NCBI GenBank assembly: GCA_963702895.1
Contig: OY969767.1
Coordinates: forward strand, 96,001 to 160,000
DNA length: 64,000 nucleotides
Origin: an uncultured Elusimicrobia bacterium
Lineage (GTDB): Bacteria > Elusimicrobiota > Elusimicrobia > 2-01-FULL-59-12
Direction: 5' to 3'
The notes under the pieces are model-generated. The model was not told where the DNA came from and did no database searches. It worked only from the letters and a program-made list of their open reading frames with translations. The translations under genes were made by a program, and so were the position numbers. The number at the start of each line of letters is the position of its first letter. Position 1 is the stretch's first letter. Positions 43,052 to 53,966 of this stretch are shown one piece after another.

Positions 43052-44679
43052 CGCCCGAAGAACTCCAAGAAATCGCTTCAAAAGAGAAGACCGTTTCCAC
43101 GGACGGGGGCTCGACTTTGCATGTCTGCATGGCCGCGAGCTGCATCTCGTCCGATGCTGATAAAGTCAAGGATGCCCTCACGAAATCGGCGTCGGCCAAG
43201 CCCTGTCGCGTAAAAGGTGTCGGCTGTATGGGGCTGTGCGAAGCCGGACCGCTCGTTCGCCAAGGGACCGATGGCCCCCTCTACAAGAACGTCAAGCCAG
43301 AGGATGTGCCTGATCTCCTGAAATCGATCGGCGGAAAAGCCCCCGAGCGTCTCTTCTGCCCGACCGACATGCCCTTTTTTACCCGGCAGAGGAAGATTGT
43401 TCTTGAAAATTGCGGCACCGTCGACCCGGAGCGGGTCGAAGATTATGTCGCCCATGAGGGATACAAGGCGCTCCTTTCCGTCGTCACACAGATGACCCCC
43501 GCTCAGGTCATCCAGGAGGTGACGACCAGCGGCCTTCGTGGTCGCGGAGGGGCCGGCTTCCCCACGGGCCTCAAATGGAACACGGTCGCCAAAGCCCAAA
43601 GCAGTTTGAAGTATGTGGTGTGCAATGCCGACGAGGGTGACCCGGGAGCCTTTATGGACCGGAGCGTCCTGGAGAGCGATCCACACCGGGTGATCGAAGG
43701 CATGGCCATCGCTGGATACGCGGTGGGCGCTTCAAAGGCCTTCATTTATGTCCGCGCGGAGTATCCTCTGGCGGTCAAACGCCTCCAGATCGCTATCCGC
43801 CAGGCCGAACGATTAGGCCTCTTGGGTCAAAACATCATGGGGACCCCTTTCGATTTTAGTATTCAGCTCCGCATGGGAGCCGGCGCTTTTGTCTGCGGCG
43901 AAGAAACAGCGCTCATGGCCTCCATTGAAGGGAAGCGCGGCACCCCGCGCCCGCGTCCGCCGTTCCCGGCGCAATCCGGACTTTGGGGGAAACCCACGCT
44001 CATCAACAATGTGGAGACCCTCGCCAACATTCCGCCCATTCTCCGCAACGGAGGGGCTTGGTACGCGGCGATCGGCACCGAAAAGAGCAAAGGGACCAAG
44101 GTGTTCGCTCTGGCGGGCAAGATCAACAACACGGGCTTGATCGAAGTGCCCATGGGAATCACGCTCCGGGAAATCATTTTTGACATCGGTGGCGGAATTC
44201 CGAACGGCAAAAAGTTTAAAGCGGTCCAGACCGGAGGACCTTCGGGCGGCTGCATCCCCGAAGAGCACCTGGATATGCCGCTCGATTATGACTCCCTGGC
44301 CAAGGTGGGCTCCATCATGGGCTCCGGCGGCATGATCGTGATGGATGAAACCTCCTGCATGGTGGATGTCGCCCGCTACTTCATGGACTTCTGCATGACG
44401 GAATCCTGCGGCAAGTGCGTCCCTTGCCGCGTCGGGACCGCGCAAATGCTCAAGCTCCTTGTGAGCATCACCGAAGGCGAGGCCACGCCGGCGCATCTGG
44501 CTCAACTCGAAGAGCTCTGCGACATGGTCAAGAACACCAGTCTTTGCGGGCTCGGGCAGACCGCGCCCAACCCCGTCCTGAGCACGCTCCGCTATTTCCG
44601 ACATGAATACGAAGCGCACATCCGTGAGAAGCGCTGTCCCGCGGGCTTGTGCCGGATGAAGGAGGTCGCGCGCGCATGA
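43048..44679 (+). CDS. hoxF: Diaphorase subunit HoxF
   Basis: [40 protein letters not shown]. Confidence 0.93.
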   Translation: MTPEELQEIASKEKTVSTDGGSTLHVCMAASCISSDADKVKDALTKSASAKPCRVKGVGCMGLCEAGPLVRQGTDGPLYKNVKPEDVPDLLKSIGGKAPERLFCPTDMPFFTRQRKIVLENCGTVDPERVEDYVAHEGYKALLSVVTQMTPAQVIQEVTTSGLRGRGGAGFPTGLKWNTVAKAQSSLKYVVCNADEGDPGAFMDRSVLESDPHRVIEGMAIAGYAVGASKAFIYVRAEYPLAVKRLQIAIRQAERLGLLGQNIMGTPFDFSIQLRMGAGAFVCGEETALMASIEGKRGTPRPRPPFPAQSGLWGKPTLINNVETLANIPPILRNGGAWYAAIGTEKSKGTKVFALAGKINNTGLIEVPMGITLREIIFDIGGGIPNGKKFKAVQTGGPSGGCIPEEHLDMPLDYDSLAKVGSIMGSGGMIVMDETSCMVDVARYFMDFCMTESCGKCVPCRVGTAQMLKLLVSITEGEATPAHLAQLEELCDMVKNTSLCGLGQTAPNPVLSTLRYFRHEYEAHIREKRCPAGLCRMKEVARA

Positions 44680-45401
44680 GCCCCACGCCTGTTCGTGTCT
44701 GCACCTTCGTGATGGACGGCAAAGATGTGAGCGCTCAGGAGAACCAGACGCTTCTCCAGGTCGCGCGCGAGAACAATATCCCCATCCCGACGCTGTGTTC
44801 CCTGGAAGGCTTGTCGAATGTCGGCGCCTGCCGGCTCTGTATCGTCGAGGTCGAAGGGTCCAACAAGCTGTTGCCCGCCTGCGTGACGCAGGTGACAGAA
44901 GGGATGAAAGTCACGACACAATCCGAGCGCTTGAGCAAATACCGGAAGATGATTGTGGAGCTCCTGCTGTCCGAGCGCAATCACATCTGTTCGGTCTGTG
45001 TCTCCAACGGGCACTGCGACCTTCAGTGGCAAGCCCAGCAGTTGGGGGTTGACCACGTGCGGTTCCCTTACCTCTATCCGGTGCTCCCCTTCGACGGCTC
45101 TCATACGCGCTTTCGAGCGGACCACAACCGGTGCATCTTGTGTTCCCGCTGCGTGCGCGTGTGTGATGAGATTGAAGGAGCGCACACCTGGGACATCATG
45201 GGGCGCGGGATCAACGCCCGCGTCATCACGGACCTCAACCAGCCCTGGGGCGAGGCGGATTCCTGCACCAGCTGCGGCAAGTGCGTGCAGGTTTGTCCGA
45301 CCGGGGCGCTTTCGGCCAAAGGCCGGGCGGTGGGGGAGATGAGCAAGGAACGTCAATTTCTTCCGTACCTTAAGTTGATGAGAGAAGAACGTCTTGACTA
45401 A
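44676..45401 (+). CDS. hoxU: Diaphorase subunit HoxU
   Basis: GACRLC, HICSVC, CILCSRC, CTSCGKC. Confidence 0.92.
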   Translation: MSPTPVRVCTFVMDGKDVSAQENQTLLQVARENNIPIPTLCSLEGLSNVGACRLCIVEVEGSNKLLPACVTQVTEGMKVTTQSERLSKYRKMIVELLLSERNHICSVCVSNGHCDLQWQAQQLGVDHVRFPYLYPVLPFDGSHTRFRADHNRCILCSRCVRVCDEIEGAHTWDIMGRGINARVITDLNQPWGEADSCTSCGKCVQVCPTGALSAKGRAVGEMSKERQFLPYLKLMREERLD

Positions 45402-45924
45402 AGTAAAACTCGCCACCGTTTGGCTCGACGGATGTTCCGGATGTCACATGTCGTTTCTCGATATGGATGAGCGGCTGCTCGACATCGCCGGCCAGATCGA
45501 GCTCGTCTACAGTCCCCTCGTCGATTTTAAGGTCTTTCCCGACATGGTTGACGTGACCATCGTGGAAGGCGCGGTGAGCAGCGTCGAAGATGAGGAAAAG
45601 ATCCGCCACATCCGCAGCCGCACCAAAGTCCTGGTGGCCCTGGGCGATTGCGCCGTGACCTCGAACGTCCCCTCCATGCGCAACGGGGTGGGACGGGACA
45701 AAATTCTTTCGCGCGCCTACATCGAAAACGTCCAGCTCCAGCCGCAGGTTCCAAACCAGGTCATCCCCGCCTTGCTGCCGCACGCGCGGCCGATTCACGA
45801 AATCGTCACGGTTGACGCCTTTGTTCCGGGGTGTCCTCCGTCCGCCAACACCATCTTTACAGCTGTGAGCGCTCTCCTGTCGGGGAAAACACCCGATTTT
45901 GGTCAGACGCCCCGCTTCGGATAG
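45394..45924 (+). CDS. hoxY: NiFe hydrogenase small subunit HoxY
   Basis: [20 protein letters not shown]. Confidence 0.93.
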   Translation: MTKVKLATVWLDGCSGCHMSFLDMDERLLDIAGQIELVYSPLVDFKVFPDMVDVTIVEGAVSSVEDEEKIRHIRSRTKVLVALGDCAVTSNVPSMRNGVGRDKILSRAYIENVQLQPQVPNQVIPALLPHARPIHEIVTVDAFVPGCPPSANTIFTAVSALLSGKTPDFGQTPRFG

Positions 45925-45940
45925 TTCCAAAGGAGTTCCC

Positions 45941-47368
45941 ATGAGTTCAAAGATCGAAATCAACCCCGTTACCCGCATTGAAGGCCATGCGAAAATCACG
46001 CTGCAGCTCACGGACCAAGGCGAGGTCTCGGAGGCGCGGCTTCATATCACCCAATTCCGCGGTTTTGAAAAGTTCTGCGAGGGCCGTCCCCACCACGAGA
46101 TGCCGTCCTTGATGGCGCGCATCTGCGGGATTTGCCCGGTGAGCCACCTGATGGCCTCCGCCAAAGCCTGCGACGCCTTGATGGCCGTGCGGATTCCGCC
46201 GACCGCCGTCATGCTGCGGCGCGTGATGAACCTCGCCCAGATCGTGCAGTCCCACGCGCTCAGTTTCTTCCATCTCTCCAGCCCCGATTTCTTGCTCGGG
46301 ATGGACGCTGATCCAGCCCAGCGCCATATCTTCGGTGTGGCCGCCGTGAACCCCGCGGTCGCCCGCGATGGGATTCGCCTGCGGCAATTCGGCCAGCAGA
46401 TCATCGAGATCCTGGGAGGCAAGCGCGTCCATCCCGAATGGGTGGTGCCCGGCGGCGTGAGCGATGCGCTTACGCCAGAAAATAAGGAAAAGATCCTGGC
46501 CATGCTTCCACCCAGCTTCGACATCATTTTGCGCACGCTCGACTGGTTCCGTCCGCTTCTCCCGAAGTTTAAGGAAGAAATCCGTATGTTTGGCAAATTC
46601 CCTTCTCTCTATATCGGCTTGGTGGGCAAAGACGGCACCTGGGAGCATTACGACGGGACGCTCTCCGTGATGGACGCTTCCGGCCTCGTGCTTCAGGAGG
46701 GGATTGATCCCGCGCGTTACGCGGAGATCATCGGCGAAGCGGTGGAGGACTGGTCGTATCTGAAATTCCCCTATTACAAGCCGATGGGCTATCCGGCGGG
46801 GATTTACCGGGTTGGGCCCCTGGCCCGGCTCAATCTCGCGCGGCTCTTCGGCACGCCGCGCGCCGATCACGCGCTCGGGGAATTCAAGGCCCTTGAGAAA
46901 GGCCCCGTGTCGAGCTCCTTTCATCAGCATTACGCGCGGCTCGTGGAAATTCTTGGCGCCCTCGAACAGCTGGATAAGCTGCTCCATGACCCTCAAATCC
47001 TGGACCCTCATGTGCGCGCGCATGCCGGGCCGAACGCCCGGGAAGGCGTCGGCGTTTCCGAAGCCCCGCGAGGGACGCTCATGCATCACTACAAGATCGA
47101 CCAAAACGGCGTCATCACCTGGGCCAATCTCATCATCGCAACGGGCCATAACAATCTGGCGATGAACAAGGGCATTCTGCAGGCCGCCAAACACTTTGTG
47201 AAGGGAACACGCTTACAGGAAGGTATGCTCAACCGCGTGGAAGCCGTCATTCGCACCTACGACCCTTGCTTGAGCTGTTCGACGCACGCCGCGGGGAAGA
47301 TGCCCCTGGTGGTTCAACTGCTATCGCCGCAGGGGGACGTGCTGGACCAGATGCGGCGTGATGGATGA
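45941..47368 (+). CDS. hoxH: NiFe hydrogenase large subunit HoxH (group 3d-type)
   Basis: [25 protein letters not shown] plus C-terminal extension. Confidence 0.95.
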   Translation: MSSKIEINPVTRIEGHAKITLQLTDQGEVSEARLHITQFRGFEKFCEGRPHHEMPSLMARICGICPVSHLMASAKACDALMAVRIPPTAVMLRRVMNLAQIVQSHALSFFHLSSPDFLLGMDADPAQRHIFGVAAVNPAVARDGIRLRQFGQQIIEILGGKRVHPEWVVPGGVSDALTPENKEKILAMLPPSFDIILRTLDWFRPLLPKFKEEIRMFGKFPSLYIGLVGKDGTWEHYDGTLSVMDASGLVLQEGIDPARYAEIIGEAVEDWSYLKFPYYKPMGYPAGIYRVGPLARLNLARLFGTPRADHALGEFKALEKGPVSSSFHQHYARLVEILGALEQLDKLLHDPQILDPHVRAHAGPNAREGVGVSEAPRGTLMHHYKIDQNGVITWANLIIATGHNNLAMNKGILQAAKHFVKGTRLQEGMLNRVEAVIRTYDPCLSCSTHAAGKMPLVVQLLSPQGDVLDQMRRDG

Positions 47369-47850
47369 TCCCCGTTCTCATCATCGGCTATGGCAATCCC
47401 CTGAGATCGGACGACGGTATCGGATGGCACACGGCCCGGGCGCTCATCGGGCACTGGCCCGCCGATCAAGTTCGCGTGGAAACGTCTCATCAGCTCTTGC
47501 CTGAGATGGCGGACTGGCTCTCGGAAGCGGAGTATGTCTTTTTTGTCGACGCAAGCTGGGACACACGGCCCGGCGTCATCCGCGCGCGCCCGGTGAGCGC
47601 CCAAGAAGGCAAGAAAAGCACGATGACTCATCAATTTACGCCTCAAGGACTTCTGGCGGACGCGGCCTCGCTCTACCAGAAGACGCCCAAAGCGGTGCTC
47701 GTCACGCTGGGGGCGGAATCGTTTGAGCATGGGGAAAGTCTGTCGCCATCCCTGGCGGCGATCTTCCCTCAATTTCTTGAGCGGATCAAAGTGCTGGTCC
47801 AGCAGAAGCTGGCCATCGCCGCCCCTGAGCGGGAGAGCGCCTATGCATGA
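47365..47850 (+). CDS. hoxW: Hydrogenase maturation protease
   Basis: [18 protein letters not shown]; follows hoxH. Confidence 0.85.
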   Translation: MIPVLIIGYGNPLRSDDGIGWHTARALIGHWPADQVRVETSHQLLPEMADWLSEAEYVFFVDASWDTRPGVIRARPVSAQEGKKSTMTHQFTPQGLLADAASLYQKTPKAVLVTLGAESFEHGESLSPSLAAIFPQFLERIKVLVQQKLAIAAPERESAYA

Positions 47851-48217
47851 GTTCGGAATGGTCGACGACTTCATTCACCATCTCGTGGACGAGTGGAAAG
47901 ACAAAGAGCCGAACGCAGCGGCTGTCTTTCGGATTCTCTACGGGCCCGGCCTCCAAGAGGACGCGCTGCGCCAGGCTTTCGAGGTTCATACGGCGGGAAC
48001 GCCTTTGGAACGCGCGCGTTTTGAGTTTGTGCCGAAACCCGTCACGCTGTCCTGTGCTTGCGGAACCGTGATACGGCCGGTTCTGGGAGAGGCGGAAATC
48101 CCTTATACTGTGTGTTCAAGCTGCGATGCGGTTGTGCCTGTTCCCGGATTTAACGTCATCGAGCTTCTGATGCCGTCATCCCGGCATGATGTAAGCCGGG
48201 ATCCATCATTTACGTAG
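47843..48217 (+). CDS. hypA: Nickel metallochaperone HypA-like; C-terminus runs into a family B repeat
   Basis: MHE start; CAC...CSSC. Confidence 0.75.
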   Translation: MHEFGMVDDFIHHLVDEWKDKEPNAAAVFRILYGPGLQEDALRQAFEVHTAGTPLERARFEFVPKPVTLSCACGTVIRPVLGEAEIPYTVCSSCDAVVPVPGFNVIELLMPSSRHDVSRDPSFT

Positions 48218-48291
48218 AAACACGATAGACCCCGGTTTTCACCGGGGTGACGTCAACGGAAGATTCCCGGCTAACGATCCGCCGGGGTGAC
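48175..48291. repeat. Family B palindromic repeat (three hairpin units)
   Basis: GTCATCCCGGC..GCCGGGATCC..GACCCCGGTTTTCACCGGGGTGAC..CCCGGC..GCCGGGGTGAC. Confidence 0.85.
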
Positions 48292-48335
48292 GTCTTTACT
48301 TTATCTTCTAAAAGAATCGACATAGAGGTGTCTGG

Positions 48336-51300
48336 ATGAACAAGCGTTTTGTCATGTTGGACGGCAGTCAGGCGGTGGCGGAAGTCGCTTACCGTCTCAA
48401 TGAGGTCATCGCCATTTATCCCATTACCCCTTCCTCCAACATGGCGGAATGGGCCGACGCTTGGATGTCGGAAGGGCGCACGAACCTCTGGGGAGCCGTT
48501 CCTCAGGTCTACGAGATGCAAAGCGAAGCCGGCGTGGCCGGCGCCGTGCATGGGGCGCTCCAGACCGGGGCCCTCGCCACCACCTTTACCGCCTCCCAGG
48601 GTCTGTTGCTCATGATCCCCAACATGTACAAGATCGCTGGCGAGCTCACGCCAGCCGTCTTTCATGTGGCCGCAAGGTCCTTGGCCACTCAGGGGCTCTC
48701 CATCTTTGGCGATCACTCCGATGTGATGGCGGCTCGGCAGACGGGGTGGGGCATGCTCGCCTCAGCCTCCGTTCAAGAAACCATGGACTTTGCGCTCCTC
48801 AGCCAGGCGATCTCTTTGCGAAGTCGCATTCCCTTCATCCATTTCTTCGATGGATTCCGGACCTCGCATGAAGTTTCCAAAGTGATAGGGCTGGAAGATG
48901 ACGTCATCAAAGCCTTGATCGACGAAAAAGCGATTCAAAACCACCGCGCCCGCGCGCTCTCGCCCGATCATCCCTTCATTCGAGGGACCGCCCAGAACCC
49001 CGACGTCTATTTTCAGGCGCGTGAAACGGTGAACCCTTTTTATGTCGAGTGTCCGAAGATCGCCGAAAGCCTCTTTTCGGAGTTCTCTCGTCTGACCGGC
49101 CGGACTTATGGTCTCTACGAGTATCATGGTGCCCCAGACGCCGAGCGTGTGGTCATTCTGATGGGGTCGGGTTGTGAGACCGCGCAAGAAACCGCTGAAG
49201 CCCTGCGCCAAAAAGGGGAAAAAGTGGGTCTCATCAAAGTTCGGCTTTATCGTCCTTTGGATGCGGCGCGCTTGGTCGCGGCACTTCCGGCCAGCGTGAA
49301 ATCCATTGCGGTCCTCGACAGGACCAAAGAACCCGGAGGGGCCGGCGAGCCGCTGTACCAGGATGTGATCACGGCCATTCATGAAGTCATGGCCGCAGGG
49401 AAAGCGCCGTTCCAGAAGCTTCCGAGGATTGTGGGCGGGCGCTACGGCCTGTCGTCCAAAGAATTCACGCCCGCCATGGTCAAGGCCGTTTTCGATAACC
49501 TGAGCGCGCCGCAACCCAAGAATCACTTCACGGTGGGCATTCAGGATGATGTGTCCCACACGAGCCTTGCCTTCGACAAAGCATGGTCCATTGAGCCCAA
49601 CGATGTCATCCGGGCTCTCTTTTACGGTCTGGGGTCGGACGGCACGGTGAGCGCGAACAAGAACTCCATCAAGATCATTGGCGAAAACACGGACGGATAC
49701 GCCCAAGGTTATTTTGTTTACGACTCCAAGAAATCGGGGTCTATGACCATCTCCCACTTGCGGTTTGGACCACGTCCGATCCGGTCGCCCTACCTCATCA
49801 CGGAAGCGAACTTCATTGGTGTGCACCAGCCGATGTTTTTGGACCGCTTTGACCTCCTTCAATCCATGGCGCCCGGCGGCACCTTGCTCCTCAATAGCGC
49901 GATCGGCGCGGATAACATCTGGGACACTTTGCCGCGGTCCTACCAGGAGCAGGTCCTCAAGAAGAACATCCGGATTTTTGTGATCGATGCCTATAAGGTT
50001 GCCGATGAGGTGGGCATGGGGGGCTTGATCAACACCATCATGCAGGTTTGTTTCTTTGCCATTTCAGGCGTGCTTCCCCGCGAGAAGGCCATTGAGGCCA
50101 TCAAAGATTCCATTCAAAAGACCTACGGCAAAAAGGGGGAAGATATCGTCGCGATGAACCTCAAGGCCATCGATCGCACCCTCGAACGTCTCTTTGAGGT
50201 CAAACACCCCGGCAAACTGACCAGTTCCAAGCAGCTCCGGCCCCCGGTGGTGAGCGGCGCACCTGTCTTTGTGAACGATGTCCTCGGGCGCATGATCCAG
50301 AACCAGGGAGACGAGCTGCCCGTGAGCGCCCTTCCCAACGACGGGACCTATCCTTCGGCTACGGCACAATGGGAAAAGCGGCGGCTGGCACAGGAAATCC
50401 CTGTGTGGGACATTAATGTCTGTATTCAGTGCAGCAAGTGCGTCATGATTTGCCCGCATGGCGTCATCCGGGCCAAGGTGGTGGAGCCTGAGCTTCTCGC
50501 CCAAGCGCCCGCTTCCTTCAAATCGCGCAACGCGATCGACCGTGACTGGGCAGGCAAGAAGTATGTCCTCCAGGTTTCTCCGGACGACTGTACCGGTTGT
50601 ACCCTCTGCGTGGAAATCTGTCCGGCGCGCAATAAATCCGAAACGCGCCTCAAAGCCCTGAACATGGCGCCGATCGATCCTTTGCTGCAGCAGGAAATCG
50701 ACCATTGGAATTTCTTCCTGAATCTTCCGGATATGGACCGGCGTAAGATCAATGTGAACAAGACCAATCAGCAGCAGATCCAGCGGCCGCTCTTTGAGTT
50801 TTCGGGCGCTTGTTCGGGCTGCGGTGAGACCCCTTATCTGAAACTCCTCTCCCAGCTTTTCGGTGACCGATCCTTAATTGCCAACGCCACCGGATGCTCT
50901 TCGATTTACGGAGGTAATCTTCCCACCACCCCCTGGGCGAAGGACGCGTTGGGACGGGGGCCGGCGTGGAGCAATTCGCTTTTTGAAGATAACGCGGAGT
51001 TTGGTTTGGGTCTGCGCCTCTCGATCGACCAACAAAACGCGATGGCACGAGGGCTCCTCAAGACCCTCTCCGGTTCCCTGGGAGACGACTTGGTCGGGGC
51101 CCTCCTGGCTGCTCAGCAGCACGACGAGGCTGGCCTCTATGAACAGCGTGAGCGCGTGAAGGTCCTCGTCGAGAAGCTCAAAGCCATTCATCAGCCGGAA
51201 GCCCGGACGCTGGAAAGCCTCGCGGGCTATTTGGTCCGCAAGAGCGTCTGGATCGTAGGAGGCGACGGTTGGGCTTTTGACATCGGGTTTGGCGGCCTCG

Positions 51301-51905
51301 ATCATGTGATGGCCAGCGGCATGGATGTGAACTGCTTGGTTCTCGATACAGGCGTCTATTCCAACACGGGAGGGCAGCGCTCCAAGGCCACCCCGCGCGG
51401 CGCCGTAGCGAAGTTTGCGGCCGGCGGCAAGGAATCGGCGCGAAAAGACCTCGGATGGATGGCCATGAGTTATGGCAACGTCTATGTGGCCCAGGTCGCG
51501 ATGGGCGCCCGCGATGAGCAAACACTTCGATCTTTCTTGGAAGCAGAGTCGTTCAACGGCCCGTCGCTCATTATCGCCTACAGCCACTGTATTGCCCATG
51601 GCATCCGAATGGAGTCGGGCCTCGACAGCCAGAAGGCGGCGGTCGCTTCCGGACAGTGGCTGCTCTATCGATACGACCCGCGGCGTCTTTTGCGGGAGGA
51701 AAAACCGCTGGTGATCGATTCCCAGCCGCCGACGCTCAAGATTCAAGATTATCTTTTGCGCGAGAACCGCTTCAAAATGCTCACCAAAAGCCATCCGGAG
51801 CAAGCCAAGATCTTCTGGGACCAGGCGCAAAAGGACGCGGATTCGCGGCGGGCTTTCTACCAGTATTTGGCGGACCGGCCACCGGCCAAGAAAGTTGAGG
51901 ACTAA
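48336..51905 (+). CDS. nifJ: Pyruvate:ferredoxin/flavodoxin oxidoreductase
   Basis: YPITPSS, MQSEAG, two ferredoxin motifs, EFSGACSGCGE, GGDGWAFDIG. Confidence 0.96.
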   Translation: MNKRFVMLDGSQAVAEVAYRLNEVIAIYPITPSSNMAEWADAWMSEGRTNLWGAVPQVYEMQSEAGVAGAVHGALQTGALATTFTASQGLLLMIPNMYKIAGELTPAVFHVAARSLATQGLSIFGDHSDVMAARQTGWGMLASASVQETMDFALLSQAISLRSRIPFIHFFDGFRTSHEVSKVIGLEDDVIKALIDEKAIQNHRARALSPDHPFIRGTAQNPDVYFQARETVNPFYVECPKIAESLFSEFSRLTGRTYGLYEYHGAPDAERVVILMGSGCETAQETAEALRQKGEKVGLIKVRLYRPLDAARLVAALPASVKSIAVLDRTKEPGGAGEPLYQDVITAIHEVMAAGKAPFQKLPRIVGGRYGLSSKEFTPAMVKAVFDNLSAPQPKNHFTVGIQDDVSHTSLAFDKAWSIEPNDVIRALFYGLGSDGTVSANKNSIKIIGENTDGYAQGYFVYDSKKSGSMTISHLRFGPRPIRSPYLITEANFIGVHQPMFLDRFDLLQSMAPGGTLLLNSAIGADNIWDTLPRSYQEQVLKKNIRIFVIDAYKVADEVGMGGLINTIMQVCFFAISGVLPREKAIEAIKDSIQKTYGKKGEDIVAMNLKAIDRTLERLFEVKHPGKLTSSKQLRPPVVSGAPVFVNDVLGRMIQNQGDELPVSALPNDGTYPSATAQWEKRRLAQEIPVWDINVCIQCSKCVMICPHGVIRAKVVEPELLAQAPASFKSRNAIDRDWAGKKYVLQVSPDDCTGCTLCVEICPARNKSETRLKALNMAPIDPLLQQEIDHWNFFLNLPDMDRRKINVNKTNQQQIQRPLFEFSGACSGCGETPYLKLLSQLFGDRSLIANATGCSSIYGGNLPTTPWAKDALGRGPAWSNSLFEDNAEFGLGLRLSIDQQNAMARGLLKTLSGSLGDDLVGALLAAQQHDEAGLYEQRERVKVLVEKLKAIHQPEARTLESLAGYLVRKSVWIVGGDGWAFDIGFGGLDHVMASGMDVNCLVLDTGVYSNTGGQRSKATPRGAVAKFAAGGKESARKDLGWMAMSYGNVYVAQVAMGARDEQTLRSFLEAESFNGPSLIIAYSHCIAHGIRMESGLDSQKAAVASGQWLLYRYDPRRLLREEKPLVIDSQPPTLKIQDYLLRENRFKMLTKSHPEQAKIFWDQAQKDADSRRAFYQYLADRPPAKKVED

Positions 51906-52913
51906 ATGGACCTCTCTACTTCCTTCCTTGGATTTAAACTCAAAAGCCCTCTCATCCCTTCGGCCTCGACGCTTTCGGAAAATCTCGGAAACCTGAAATT
52001 GATGGAGGATTCCGGCGCCGGAGCGGTGGTGCTGCACTCGCTCTTTGAGGAGCAGCTGCGCCGCGACCGGTCCGACCTCTTTTATTCGCTTACGCAGGGG
52101 ACGGAGAGTTACGCCGAGGCGCTCAGCTATTTTCCGGAGCCCTCCACCTTTCATCTGGGCCCGGAGGAATATCTGGAGCATATCCGCAAAGCCAAAGCGG
52201 CGCTCAAGATCCCTGTGATCGCGAGCTTGAACGGCAGCTCCAAGGGCGGATGGACCGACTATGCCAAGCGTATCCAGCAGGCCGGGGCCGATGCGCTCGA
52301 GCTCAATATCTACTTTATCCCCACCGAGCTCTCCATGAGCGGGTCCGCTGTCGAAGCCCGGATCCTGGACATTGTGCAAGCGGTCCGGGGCGTCGTGTCG
52401 TTTCCTGTCGCCGTCAAGTGCAGCCCTTTTTTCAGCAACATGGCCAACATGGCCTTTCAATTGGACCGCGCGGGCGTGGACGCGCTTGTGCTCTTCAACC
52501 GTTTTTACCAGCCGGACATCGATCTGGAGTCTCTCGAGGTCCATCCGAACGTCCTCCTGAGCACCCCGCAGGCGGCGCGGCTGCCGCTGACCTGGATCGG
52601 CATTCTTTACGGCCGACTCAAAGCGCAGTTGGCGGCGACGAGCGGCGTTCACACCGCCGCGGATGTTCTCAAGATGCTGATGGTGGGCGCGGATGTCACG
52701 ATGCTCGCCTCGGTCCTCTACCGCCGGGGCATCAAGCACTTAGCGGTCATCGAAGGCGAGATGCGCGAGTGGATGGAATCCCATGAGTACGAATCGGTCA
52801 AACAGATGCGCGGCAGCATGAGCCAGAAGAACTGCGCCAGCCCCGAAGCTTTCGAACGGGCGCAGTACATGCGCGCCATCCAAAGCCCCCCCGCCCAGCG
52901 CCCCGAAAAATAG
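51906..52913 (+). CDS. Dihydroorotate dehydrogenase-like protein (nifJ-associated)
   Basis: SLFEEQL, ALELNIY, LFNRFYQPD, FERAQY. Confidence 0.9.
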   Translation: MDLSTSFLGFKLKSPLIPSASTLSENLGNLKLMEDSGAGAVVLHSLFEEQLRRDRSDLFYSLTQGTESYAEALSYFPEPSTFHLGPEEYLEHIRKAKAALKIPVIASLNGSSKGGWTDYAKRIQQAGADALELNIYFIPTELSMSGSAVEARILDIVQAVRGVVSFPVAVKCSPFFSNMANMAFQLDRAGVDALVLFNRFYQPDIDLESLEVHPNVLLSTPQAARLPLTWIGILYGRLKAQLAATSGVHTAADVLKMLMVGADVTMLASVLYRRGIKHLAVIEGEMREWMESHEYESVKQMRGSMSQKNCASPEAFERAQYMRAIQSPPAQRPEK

Positions 52914-52989
52914 CGCCTCAGGTCCTTTCCGAATCGGCGAACCGGGGAACCGGCGAGCCGGCGACTGACAGATGCGGCGACATTCTTTG

Positions 52990-53118
52990 GTCATCCCCCG
53001 CAGCCGTAAGCGGGGGATCCATCATTTTTCTATTGCTTGATGGACCCCGTCCGCCACACGGCAGGGCGGACGGCCCGCCAGGTGTGTGGAGGGCCGGCTT
53101 ACAGCTTGCCGGGGTGAC
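52990..53118. repeat. Family B palindromic repeat with nested hairpins
   Basis: GTCATCCCCCGC..GCGGGGGATCCA..TGGACCCCG[insert]GCCGGGGTGAC. Confidence 0.75.
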
Positions 53119-53305
53119 GTCAATGCAAGCTCCGCATCCCCGCGTCCCCGTGTCTCCGCGTCAGCCTCTCGCCCCCTCCTGTCCCTAGGGTCTGGCCCAA
53201 GGAACGTCCCCTAGCCGTAACCTCCGCCACTGGCGTGCAGCCTTTCCGACGATGTCGTGAATATTTTCCCGCGCTTTGCATCTAAGGGAGTGAAGGGAGA
53301 ATGAT

Positions 53306-53776
53306 ATGGACCAAAGCAACTCGATCGGGCTCATCCAGCATCACATTTACCAAGTCCGCGGTCAGAGGGTCATGATGGACGAGGACCTTGCTCCGATTTA
53401 TGGCGTTACGACCAAGCGCCTGAATGAACAAACCAAACGAAATCGGCTGCGATTCCCCGCTGACTTTATGTTCCGATTGACCGAAGCAGAAACGGCTGAA
53501 ATCATGCGCTTGAGAAACGGGAAGGCACACTTGAAGTCGCAAATTGCGACTTCAAGTCTGCCTCAATGGGGCGGCCGGCGGAAACTTCCCTATGCATTCA
53601 CTGAACACGGCGCCGTGATGCTTGCATGTGTGTTGAGAAGTCCGACCCAACGTTTTGTGGCAGACGTGGAATCAGAAAGGATGGCCTATGAGCGACATGA
53701 TCGTAATTCAAGCGTTGGGCAGCGGCGTATGGGTTGTTCGGGTCTTGCTCCGGAAGGGGCGCAACGAGCTGATTGA
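53306..53776 (+). pseudogene. ORF6N / KilA-N-like DNA-binding domain gene, apparently truncated
   Basis: VRGQRVMMDEDLA, RFPADFMFRL, PYAFTEHGAVML; resemblance to the family stops after VLRSP (~53645). Confidence 0.6.
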
Positions 53777-53788
53777 AAGGGGGAAGGT

Positions 53789-53962
53789 ATGCAAAATCTG
53801 AGGCGAAAAGACGGTCAGGGGCTGATCGAATACATCCTGATCGTGGGACTGATGGGCGTCCTGGCGATCGCGGCGATCAACGCCTTGAGCGCTAAAACGC
53901 AAGCCGGTTACCGTGCGGCGACACGAGAGCTTGGCGATGAATTCTCCAAGATGGGGAGTTAG
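53789..53962 (+). CDS. Flp family type IVb pilin (57 aa; below the ORF-track cutoff)
   Basis: My translation: MQNLRRKDGQGLIEYILIVGLMGVLAIAAINALSAK...; G|xxxxEY motif; purine-rich RBS. Confidence 0.88.
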   Translation: MQNLRRKDGQGLIEYILIVGLMGVLAIAAINALSAKTQAGYRAATRELGDEFSKMGS

Positions 53963-53966
53963 GATC

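Noticed and set aside
50874..52739. 621-aa minus-strand ORF
   Set aside because: Antisense to nifJ and the DHOD-like gene.
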